This document shows, piece by piece, positions 1 through 6,830 of a stretch of 32,000 nucleotides of DNA. The DNA is taken from contig NZ_FWXT01000001.1 of assembly GCF_900176535.1 (NCBI RefSeq), positions 1,848,565 to 1,880,564 of the forward strand. The letters run 5' to 3'. A program made the position numbers and the translations under genes. Origin of the DNA: Pedobacter africanus (GTDB taxonomy: Bacteria > Bacteroidota > Bacteroidia > Sphingobacteriales > Sphingobacteriaceae). Position 1 is the stretch's first letter, and each line of letters begins with the position of its first letter. Under the pieces are notes generated by a model. It saw only the letters and a list, made by a program, of their open reading frames with translations, made no database searches and was not told the origin of the DNA.

Positions 1-269
1 TCTGAAGTTTCAAAATCCTTTACAGAGCCCATCTGCTGCATAACGGATTGAACATCGGCAATACCGATCACCTGCTTTTGCTGAACGCTCAGCATTTCAG
101 CAAACATCTCTGCTATGCGGTTTTCAATGTCCGTTACAATTTCAAAATCATCTGCATTTCTTGCAAAGTGCTGCTTTACCTCGTTCAGGTAAATGGTAAG
201 CATTTCATAGGCATCCTCTTCAATATGAATAATGGAGTTGCCAATATTTATGTTGTGTGTCTTCTTCAT
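1..269 (-). CDS. PspC-domain-type envelope protein, N-terminal part only (gene continues past the left edge of the window)
   Basis: Not in the ORF track because it has no stop inside the window. My reverse-complement translation from the ATG at 269-267 gives MKKTHNINIGNSIIHIEEDAYEMLTIYLNEVKQHFARNADDFEIVTDIENRIAEMFAEML..., open to position 1. This N-terminal pattern is typical of the PspC-domain proteins that follow PadR genes in Bacteroidota. The ATG overlaps the PadR stop (ATGA, 266-269). Confidence 0.6.
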   Translation of the reverse strand, partial: MKKTHNINIGNSIIHIEEDAYEMLTIYLNEVKQHFARNADDFEIVTDIENRIAEMFAEMLSVQQKQVIGIADVQSVMQQMGSVKDFETS

Positions 270-634
270 GAGTTTGTGGGATTAACTGGTCCTTTTGATT
301 CCTGATCGGCTACCTTCCTGGATGTATTTATGGCATATTCAAGCTCCTGCCAGGTGGTATCCAGCTGCTTTAAAATGGCTTTGCCATCTTCGGTTAGCAT
401 GTAGTACTTGCGTGGCGGGCCCGAAGTTGATTCTACCCAGTTGTAGCTCAGCAAGCCATTGTTCTTCAAGCGTGTAAGCAAGGGATAAAGTGTGCCCTCT
501 ACCACCAGAAGCCTGGCTTGTTTCAATTCTGCGATGATATCTGAAGCATAAATTTCGCCTCTTGATATAATGAGCAGGACACAATATTCAATTATGCCCT
601 TCCGCATTTGTGTTTGGGTATTCTCTGCTATCAT
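266..634 (-). CDS. PadR family transcriptional regulator
   Basis: The 122-aa ORF shows the PadR winged-helix signature (KGIIEYCVLLIISRGEIYASDIIAEL...EGTLYPLLTRLKNNGLL...RKYYMLTEDG). It is translationally coupled to the downstream PspC-like gene. Confidence 0.9.
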   Translation of the reverse strand: MIAENTQTQMRKGIIEYCVLLIISRGEIYASDIIAELKQARLLVVEGTLYPLLTRLKNNGLLSYNWVESTSGPPRKYYMLTEDGKAILKQLDTTWQELEYAINTSRKVADQESKGPVNPTNS

Positions 635-638
635 AATA

Positions 639-646
639 CAAAGTTA
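639..646 (-). promoter_or_regulatory. Candidate Bacteroidota -7 promoter box (TAACTTTG on the minus strand) for the PadR operon
   Basis: The plus strand reads caaagtta, which is TAnnTTTG on the minus strand. Only 4 nt separate the G from the PadR ATG at 634, so a leaderless or near-leaderless mRNA is predicted. Confidence 0.4.
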
Positions 647-773
647 TATGCTTTATATAGTAATATGCAATACATAGTACTATAAAAACAACAAAATAAA
701 AATTAAAAGTCTGATTATCAATACAATTAATTTTTCATAAAAAAAGAAATTCGATATTTAAAGAAGAAAAAAG

Positions 774-796
774 GTGGAAAAACTAAAGTTTTCCAC
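774..796 (-). terminator. Hairpin followed by a T-rich run on the minus strand; possible intrinsic terminator for the 1036-2178 transcript, or alternatively a palindromic operator
   Basis: GTGGAAAA (774-781) pairs with TTTTCCAC (789-796). On the minus strand the stem is followed by TTTTTTCTTCTTT (read from 773 downwards). It lies about 240 nt downstream of the stop at 1036. Confidence 0.4.
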
Positions 797-811
797 AATT
801 CCACATATTTA

Positions 812-1030
812 ATGCATTATGGCTTGGCCTTTGATAGTATTTGGGTACATCTATCAAAATTACATCTACCTATGTTAATCAATCTTAATCCCATTCTTCA
901 GGTTTTTGCCAGGCAAAAGGAAGAAAAAAAAGAAAGAGTACTGAGCCGAAAAGAATGGATCAATGCCGATCGGATTGTAATGATTATACTTTTTCTGGGT
1001 GTAATTATAGGCGCAATTGTCTTTTCCTGA
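812..1030 (+). CDS. Hypothetical small protein with a C-terminal hydrophobic helix (doubtful)
   Basis: A 72-aa ORF in an AT-rich, otherwise empty 400-bp region. It ends in IVMIILFLGVIIGAIVFS. I recognise no family, and it could be non-coding. Confidence 0.2.
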   Translation: MHYGLAFDSIWVHLSKLHLPMLINLNPILQVFARQKEEKKERVLSRKEWINADRIVMIILFLGVIIGAIVFS

Positions 1031-1035
1031 TTGAT

Positions 1036-2178
1036 TTAAAGTAATAAAGTATCAATTCTATGGGCCTGAACCCTTTGCTGTTGGGGCGACCAGCTGTAAA
1101 TGGTAAAATGTCCGTCCTGAGAGGCAACCAGCGCCATGGCATCTCTCTGATCGTGAACAAACTGGGCAGCCGAAAGGTGCCGTGTGCCCCCTACTTTAGA
1201 AGGATGGAGCACTACCGCAGCGCCCCCAATAATCGGTTCCGAAAAAGAGAGCTCATCAATATTTTCTTTTCCTTTGGCCCTTCCTATTTTGGCACCGAAG
1301 GCGAGCAGTTCGTATGATGTACTGATCACCGTGGCACCATCTACAGCTGTTAATCCCGCCAGGTGCTCTACTTCACGTTTAAGCGCCGTTTGCCAGAAGA
1401 TCTGGCTAGCCTCCTTCCTCTCCTGCTGCAGCAACTTGGAGAGCCCGGTAAATGAAGGTTGAATACCATATTGTATAGGCTTAATGATAGACTGCAGCCA
1501 GTTCCTGGTTTCATTTGGCACAACAAGCAGCGTACCACCCCGGCCATGGGCACGCATAGAAACCGCAAGCTGGATGAGCACATTGACAGCATCGTTCCAG
1601 TAGGAAGGTGCGGTTAAATCGAGCAGCGACAACAGCATTGGCGGACAATCGGGCAGGCTGCTGTGGTGGCTTTCTACAACTTTGACCTGATCGCCCTTCA
1701 ATACGGCCAGGTTAGTAAATTTACCGAAACCATAAATGCGGCGGTGTTTAATGACCAGCAATGCCGGCTCAGATACATCCACCACAAAACAAAAGTTGGG
1801 TATGCTTACCGTAGTTCCCCATACATACAATTCCCCTTCTTCAATCCAGATGCCCAGATGTATGCCCGCGCGTTCAACACCAGGAGCAATTTTTGTTAAA
1901 GTACCGGGATTTAAAGGCAGCCGCTGCTTAAAAAGCAAGGGGTTTCCGGCCTGCTGGGGTGGCAAATAAGCAAGGGATATTTTTGGGGAATGGCCCTCTT
2001 CTTTACGCAGACTGGCCCAGAATGTCGCATCCAGAATGGCTTCAACCACGTCTGCAGTAGGCAACGGCGCCAGGTCCTCTTCTCCGCTTTCACTGGCAGC
2101 ACTAAGGTGTTGCGCAAAAATGGCTTCCACTTTTGGGGCAATAACTTTTGCTGCCTGATAGGTTGTGCGGTAGATCAT
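1036..2178 (-). CDS. Cytosolic diadenylate-cyclase (DAC/DisA_N)-like protein with an uncharacterised N-terminal domain (DACNV-type sensor architecture)
   Basis: The C-terminal half carries DAC-fold motifs in the canonical order: HGRGGTLLVV, VDGATVIS (the DGA codons are at 1333-1341), GGTRHLSAAQF (the TRHL codons are at 1174-1185) and ALVASQDGHFTIY. There is no signal peptide or TM segment. The classical RHR motif reads RHL here. Confidence 0.65.
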   Translation of the reverse strand: MIYRTTYQAAKVIAPKVEAIFAQHLSAASESGEEDLAPLPTADVVEAILDATFWASLRKEEGHSPKISLAYLPPQQAGNPLLFKQRLPLNPGTLTKIAPGVERAGIHLGIWIEEGELYVWGTTVSIPNFCFVVDVSEPALLVIKHRRIYGFGKFTNLAVLKGDQVKVVESHHSSLPDCPPMLLSLLDLTAPSYWNDAVNVLIQLAVSMRAHGRGGTLLVVPNETRNWLQSIIKPIQYGIQPSFTGLSKLLQQERKEASQIFWQTALKREVEHLAGLTAVDGATVISTSYELLAFGAKIGRAKGKENIDELSFSEPIIGGAAVVLHPSKVGGTRHLSAAQFVHDQRDAMALVASQDGHFTIYSWSPQQQRVQAHRIDTLLL

Positions 2179-2179
2179 G

Positions 2180-2202
2180 CCCTAAAGTTAATTCATTTAG
2201 GG
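2180..2202 (-). promoter_or_regulatory. Intercistronic hairpin between the TonB-dependent receptor and the DAC-like gene
   Basis: A perfect 7-bp inverted repeat, CCCTAAA (2180-2186) and TTTAGGG (2196-2202), with a 9-nt loop. On the minus strand its 3' arm ends 1 nt before the ATG at 2178, and no T-run follows. It therefore looks like an attenuator or processing/occlusion stem rather than a terminator. Confidence 0.45.
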
Positions 2203-2214
2203 CAAAACACCACA

Positions 2215-4464
2215 TCATTTAATTGTCAATCTCACACCCATAAAGCCCCTTATGCGCTGGTTTGGCCCGTATACATAGGTAGGGTCAAAAGTCAGATTAT
2301 AGGGATTGTCTACCTCAGGATGTTTATCAAAGGGATCATTTGCGCGGGCAATGATAAAGGGATTGCCCCGGTTAGGTGTCCAGTTGAGCAGGTTTTTAAC
2401 ACCGCCATAAAGCTCTATCTTTTTAAAGCCCCCGAAAGTAAGCTGAATGTTCTGTATGCTCCATGTTGGTGAGTATTCCTTACGCGGATCAAGCTCATTT
2501 AATAAGGGCAGGCGCATCGGGCTATAAATATTGCCGGTATAGTCCAGCGTTAGTTTTAAGGGCCTGATCTTGTAGGAAACCGCCCAGTTGCCCGAAAACT
2601 TTTCAGTGAGGATCTGCTGTTTTTTAACACCGCTCTCATAAGTAGCCACATCCTGATAGGTACCCCCAAATATGATTTTCAGGCCATTGGTAAGGGTGAG
2701 GTCTATATTGGTGCTGAGGCCCTTACTTACCGCATATCCATCCAGGTTATCGTAAATGATCTGGTTGGGATTGGTGTCAAAATCTCCTATAATCCTGTTG
2801 TTGAAATGGGTATAAAAAGCAGATGATTCTATACCGAAAAATGTTCCGTTGGACAGGTATATTTTTTTCAGGTAGTTCAGGTTTACATTGTATGTTTTTT
2901 CGGGTTTCAGCTCATTTACCACCTTTACTTCCCTCGCCCCGGTTAATGCAGCATGGTCCTCCGTAAAAATATTGACCACCCTGAAACCTGTACCGGCATT
3001 TAAGCGGAGGATGTTATTGTCGTTGATGCTCCATTTATAGGCCAATCTCGGTGTAAATATATTACCGTGTACAGAATTGTAATCGTACCTGAACCCGGCC
3101 AGGAACTTATGCTTTGGGGCCAGTGTAATTTCGTCCTGTACAAAAACCCCGGGCAGCCAGGTATTTTTTTTCAGGCTTTGGTTCATACTTGTGGTAGCTG
3201 GCGTATTGTCGTCGTAATAGGTGTAACGCATTGCTGCACCAAACAGCAGGTCGTGATTATTTATTTGCTTGTCCCAGGTAAGCTGTGCAAAGCCGATTTT
3301 CTGTTCGGCAATGTAAGAAGTGATTCCATAGCGGCTGTCCTGATCGTGCTCGTTATAAGAAAAGGCAAGGAATAGTTTTTCACTGACCGGGAGCTGGTAA
3401 TTTCCGATCAGTTCCCAGCGATTGGTATAAATGCTTTCCCCATACACTTCATCCCCTCCTCTGTAGCTTTTATTCCATTGCATTTCCCCGCCCCAGCGGT
3501 CTTCATAAACATATCTTCCGCCCAAGGTAAATATCCGATCATATTTTCTTTTAAAATTCCATTTCTGGAACACGGAAACGCGGTCCTGCAGCGTTACATC
3601 CGTAAAATTATCGTGGTTATCATCTATAGGATGCCCGTATTTGAAGTAATTAACCCCGGTTAACACATCTGTGTTTTTACCCGCTTTAAATTTAAAGCCC
3701 AGATCGGTATTGAATTCCCGGTAGCTGGTTGCAAAAATATCAGCAGAAAATAAAGGGGCATTTTGCGGCTTTTTAGTGATGATATTGATCAGTCCTCCTA
3801 CGGCCTCACTTCCATACAGGGATGAAGCCGGCCCTTTCACAATCTCAATCTGCTCTACAAGCGAGTTGGGGATGCCCGACAGGCCATAAACGCTGGAAAG
3901 ACTGCTCACTATAGGCATGCCATCAATCAGGATCATAGTGTATGGTCCTTCCAGACCATTGATATGGATATCGCCTGTATTGCAGATATTACAGTTTAAC
4001 TGCGGGCGCACCCCATTTACATTCTGCAGGGCCTCGAAAATACTTGGCGTAGGGTTCTTTCTGAAAAATGCAGGGGTATAGACCTCTACAGGCACCGGAC
4101 TTTCCAGGCGTCTTACCTCCTTCAGCGTTCCGGTTACCACCACCTCGTTCAGGTCGTTCTGGAAATTACTCAGGTCAAAATCTATTTTTAGGTTTTCATT
4201 TGGCTTCAACGCAACTGTTTTAATCATTTTTCTAAAGCCTACGGCAGACACCTGGATTTTATAATTAGCCGGAGCTACTTTATCGAAAGCATAATTTCCC
4301 GCACTATCTGTTTTTATAAGCAATGATGTGCCCTGCAAGCTAACGTTTACGTTTGAAAGTGGTTTGTTTTCCGCTGATACCTGTCCCTTAATATGGCCCG
4401 GTTGGGCCAGGGACTGAAATGAAAACAGGATCGAAAAAATAAGGGTTATGGAAAAGTATTTCAT
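2215..4464 (-). CDS. TonB-dependent outer-membrane receptor with an N-terminal carboxypeptidase-regulatory-like domain
   Basis: A 749-aa ORF with a signal peptide (MKYFSITLIFSILFSFQSLAQ) and a CarbopepD_reg-like segment (GHIKGQVSA...TDSAGNYAF). It has a plug region (INGLEGPYTMILIDGMPIVSS...IEIVKGPASSLYGSEAVGGLINIITK) and a beta-barrel ending in an aromatic C-terminus. The plug carries a CNICN Cys pair. Confidence 0.9.
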   Translation of the reverse strand: MKYFSITLIFSILFSFQSLAQPGHIKGQVSAENKPLSNVNVSLQGTSLLIKTDSAGNYAFDKVAPANYKIQVSAVGFRKMIKTVALKPNENLKIDFDLSNFQNDLNEVVVTGTLKEVRRLESPVPVEVYTPAFFRKNPTPSIFEALQNVNGVRPQLNCNICNTGDIHINGLEGPYTMILIDGMPIVSSLSSVYGLSGIPNSLVEQIEIVKGPASSLYGSEAVGGLINIITKKPQNAPLFSADIFATSYREFNTDLGFKFKAGKNTDVLTGVNYFKYGHPIDDNHDNFTDVTLQDRVSVFQKWNFKRKYDRIFTLGGRYVYEDRWGGEMQWNKSYRGGDEVYGESIYTNRWELIGNYQLPVSEKLFLAFSYNEHDQDSRYGITSYIAEQKIGFAQLTWDKQINNHDLLFGAAMRYTYYDDNTPATTSMNQSLKKNTWLPGVFVQDEITLAPKHKFLAGFRYDYNSVHGNIFTPRLAYKWSINDNNILRLNAGTGFRVVNIFTEDHAALTGAREVKVVNELKPEKTYNVNLNYLKKIYLSNGTFFGIESSAFYTHFNNRIIGDFDTNPNQIIYDNLDGYAVSKGLSTNIDLTLTNGLKIIFGGTYQDVATYESGVKKQQILTEKFSGNWAVSYKIRPLKLTLDYTGNIYSPMRLPLLNELDPRKEYSPTWSIQNIQLTFGGFKKIELYGGVKNLLNWTPNRGNPFIIARANDPFDKHPEVDNPYNLTFDPTYVYGPNQRIRGFMGVRLTIK

Positions 4465-4502
4465 TTATCTAATTTAATATTAAACATCACAAAACTATAA
4501 AA

Positions 4503-4518
4503 GTTAGATTAACCTAAC
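4503..4518. promoter_or_regulatory. Palindromic candidate operator for the adjacent DtxR/MntR-type repressor
   Basis: GTTAG-ATTAAC-CTAAC, two perfect 5-bp inverted arms. It sits in the centre of the 91-bp divergent intergenic region. It is built from the same TTAG/CTAA words as the classical DtxR/IdeR box, and it abuts the minus-strand TATATTTG box. Confidence 0.5.
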
Positions 4519-4525
4519 AAATATA
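4518..4525 (-). promoter_or_regulatory. Candidate -7 promoter box (TATATTTG on the minus strand) for the TonB-dependent receptor operon
   Basis: The plus strand reads caaatata, which is TAnnTTTG on the minus strand. It is immediately adjacent to, and overlaps by 1 nt, the palindrome at 4503-4518. A bound repressor would therefore cover the predicted transcription start. Confidence 0.4.
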
Positions 4526-4543
4526 ATTTGAGAATTATTATTT

Positions 4544-4551
4544 TATATTTG
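4544..4551 (+). promoter_or_regulatory. Candidate -7 promoter box (TATATTTG) for the DtxR-like regulator operon
   Basis: An exact TAnnTTTG match lies 4 nt upstream of the ATG at 4556. This is the same spacing as at the PadR gene, so a leaderless mRNA is predicted. Confidence 0.4.
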
Positions 4552-4555
4552 CGTT

Positions 4556-5218
4556 ATGCTATCTTATACGGAAGAAAACTACTTAAAGGCTTTGCTCATG
4601 CTTAGCTTTCAGAACGCAGAAAGACCAGAGGCCGGCACCAATGAAATGGCCGCATATTTGGGTGTAAAACCCGCTACAGCCACGGATATGCTGAAAAAGC
4701 TGAAAGAAAAAGAGCTGGTAACCTATCAGAAATACGGGAAGATCTTACTGACAGATTTGGGCAGAAAAAAAGGGATAGCGATATTGAGGAAACACCGCTT
4801 ATGGGAAACCTTTTTATATGAAAAGCTGGATTTTAGCTGGGATGAAGTGCATGAAGTAGCCGAACAACTGGAGCATATCCAGTCGGCCAAACTGGTAGAT
4901 AAGCTGGAAGAATTCCTGAATTTCCCTGAATTCGACCCTCATGGGGATCCCATTCCAAAAGCAAATGGCGATATTCCGAGCATTGATAAAGTACTTTTAT
5001 CAGAAATAAAAGCGGGCGAAACCTGTATGGTTGTGGCGGTTAAAGATACTTCTGCTGTATTTCTGCAATACCTGGAGAAACTAAAGATCACGATAGGCAC
5101 CACAATAAAAGTTTTAGAGTTAATTGATTTTGACGGATCCCTTACCATCGGGATTGAGAAAGAAGAAGCAAGAAGTGTTTCCATGAAGTTTGCGGAAAGT
5201 CTTTTTGTAAGGAGATAG
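4556..5218 (+). CDS. DtxR/MntR family metal-dependent transcriptional repressor with a C-terminal FeoA/SH3-like domain
   Basis: The 220-aa ORF starts with an N-terminal winged HTH (TEENYLKALLML...MAAYLGVKPATATDMLKKLKEKELV). A dimerisation/metal-binding segment follows (RKHRLWETFLYEKLDFSWDEVHEVAEQLEHI...DPHGDPIP), then a FeoA-like tail. Confidence 0.9.
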   Translation: MLSYTEENYLKALLMLSFQNAERPEAGTNEMAAYLGVKPATATDMLKKLKEKELVTYQKYGKILLTDLGRKKGIAILRKHRLWETFLYEKLDFSWDEVHEVAEQLEHIQSAKLVDKLEEFLNFPEFDPHGDPIPKANGDIPSIDKVLLSEIKAGETCMVVAVKDTSAVFLQYLEKLKITIGTTIKVLELIDFDGSLTIGIEKEEARSVSMKFAESLFVRR

Positions 5219-5234
5219 TCGTAAGTTTGTATCT

Positions 5235-6521
5235 ATGTCTACAGAGATAAAATGCCCCAATTGTTCGCATACCTTCCCTATTGAGGAGGTAATGGCAGAG
5301 GAATATAAAAAAGACCTTCGCGAAAAGATGGTCTCTTTTACCAAACAAAAGGACGAGGAATACAATAAAAAGCTGAACGAATTTGCCCAGCAGCAGAAGC
5401 AGCAGGAACAGGCTTTCGAGCAGCAGAAACAGCAACAGGCCCAGCTATTTGAACAAAAGCTGGAAGCTGAAAAAAAACAGCTGCAGCAGGTGCTGGAAGA
5501 AAACCTCCGAAAAAGCATTGCCTCCGATTTTGAGAACAAGCTGCAAATGCTGGACAATGCCAATAAGGACAGCGAAGAAAAATTAAAGCTTGCACGTGCA
5601 AAAGAACTGGAATTCCTGAAAAAGGAACAGGCCATGAAAGAGAAGGAAGCGGAGCTGGAACTGGAGGTACAAAGGAAACTTCAGGAGCAGCGTACCGAAA
5701 TGGTAGAGCAGATCCGTAAGCAGGAAGCCGAAAAAAACAGTTTAAAAGAGACTGAACACCAGTTAAGGGTGAAGGAGCTCGAAAAGCAGCTTGACGACCA
5801 AAAAAAACTGGCAGAAGAAATGAAGCGGAAGGCCGAACAGGGCTCTATGCAACTGCAGGGCGAAGTACAGGAACTGATCCTTGAGGAGTTGCTCCGGAAT
5901 ACTTTTCCGTTCGACCTGGTTACAGAAGTCGGGAAAGGGGTTAGAGGGGCCGACTGCGTACACCACATCAGGAACCAGTTTGGCCAGGAATGCGGTAAGA
6001 TCATCTATGAGAGCAAGCGGACCAAGGACTTTTCTATGGAATGGATTGAAAAGCTGAAAAAAGACATGCGCAGCATGGGTGTAGATGTAGCCGTAATTGT
6101 AACCCAGGCTTACCCGAAAGGCATGGATTGCTTTGGAGAAAGAGATGGGGTATGGATCTGTTCTTTTGACGAGGTAAAAGCAGTATCCTATATCCTCAGG
6201 GACGGGATTGTAAAGCTGTTCAGTGCGGCCAAATCACAGGAAAACAGGGGCGATAAAATGCATATGCTGTACGACTACCTGACCAGCAATGAATTTTCTG
6301 AGCAATGGAAAGCCATCCGGGAAGGCTTCATGAGCATGAAACTGTCTATCCAGAGGGAGCGCGATGCCATGGAAAAACTATGGAAGGCCAGGGAAAAACA
6401 ACTGGAAAAAGTAATGCTGAATGCCGCCCACATCCGCGGCTCCATCGAGGGCATTGCGGGAACAGACAGCATACAGCTGAACCTGACAGATGAGGACGAT
6501 GAACCTTTATTGCTGGAATAA
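5235..6521 (+). CDS. DUF2130-type protein: N-terminal CxxC knuckle, long Q/E/K-rich coiled coil, and a C-terminal PD-(D/E)xK nuclease-like domain
   Basis: The 428-aa ORF starts MSTEIKCPNCSHTF. It then has roughly 180 aa of heptad-like E/K/Q sequence. The C-terminal region contains GAD(240)...IIYE(259)SK(261), encoded at 5952-6017, which fits the D...ExK nuclease-fold motif. The overall layout matches my recollection of the DUF2130 family and is reminiscent of RmuC. Confidence 0.7.
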   Translation: MSTEIKCPNCSHTFPIEEVMAEEYKKDLREKMVSFTKQKDEEYNKKLNEFAQQQKQQEQAFEQQKQQQAQLFEQKLEAEKKQLQQVLEENLRKSIASDFENKLQMLDNANKDSEEKLKLARAKELEFLKKEQAMKEKEAELELEVQRKLQEQRTEMVEQIRKQEAEKNSLKETEHQLRVKELEKQLDDQKKLAEEMKRKAEQGSMQLQGEVQELILEELLRNTFPFDLVTEVGKGVRGADCVHHIRNQFGQECGKIIYESKRTKDFSMEWIEKLKKDMRSMGVDVAVIVTQAYPKGMDCFGERDGVWICSFDEVKAVSYILRDGIVKLFSAAKSQENRGDKMHMLYDYLTSNEFSEQWKAIREGFMSMKLSIQRERDAMEKLWKAREKQLEKVMLNAAHIRGSIEGIAGTDSIQLNLTDEDDEPLLLE

Positions 6522-6830
6522 ATGATCTATTCGAATAAGAAAGTACAGCCTTCCGCCAATCTTGCAGCACAGAACGCTAAGATCATTGCAAATGTGAATG
6601 CACTTAAAGAAAAGAATCTGCTCAGGATTGAAGGGAATGAGGTGTTTGTATATCCGGCCATATGGAAAGATCAGGCCACGGCCCTGAACTGGATCAAATG
6701 CCTGCATATCTATTGCATGCTGAAACATCGTTTTAAAGAGAAAGACCTGCTTGATTTTAAGGATTACACTACAGGAGAGCTGATCGGCACCTTTAAAAAC
6801 AAAAAAGCGACCGTACTTTTTACTTTTTAG
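6522..6830 (+). CDS. Hypothetical protein, no family recognised
   Basis: The 102-aa ORF has its ATG directly abutting the stop of the DUF2130 gene (TAAATG). Its composition is unbiased. It overlaps the convergent rlmF stop by 11 nt. Confidence 0.45.
   Translation: MIYSNKKVQPSANLAAQNAKIIANVNALKEKNLLRIEGNEVFVYPAIWKDQATALNWIKCLHIYCMLKHRFKEKDLLDFKDYTTGELIGTFKNKKATVLFTF

Noticed and set aside
48-305. 85-aa plus-strand ORF at the left edge
   Set aside because: It lies antisense to the PspC-like reading frame, which has a recognisable family-typical N-terminus and is ATGA-coupled to PadR. The plus-strand product has no recognisable features.
4527-4530. TTTG as the -33 element for the DtxR-like promoter
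   Set aside because: It lies only 13 nt from the TATATTTG box, well short of the roughly 19-21 nt spacing seen at the tRNA promoter and described for Bacteroidota promoters. It is probably not a functional -33 element.
5120-6004. Several Ser/Cys/Phe-rich minus-strand ORFs (5120-5635, 5142-5435, 5338-5601, 5681-6004) and a plus-strand alternative frame (5383-5586)
   Set aside because: They are shadow frames of the low-complexity Q/E/K coiled-coil region of the DUF2130 gene. Their composition is non-protein-like, and they are fully nested in a much better ORF.
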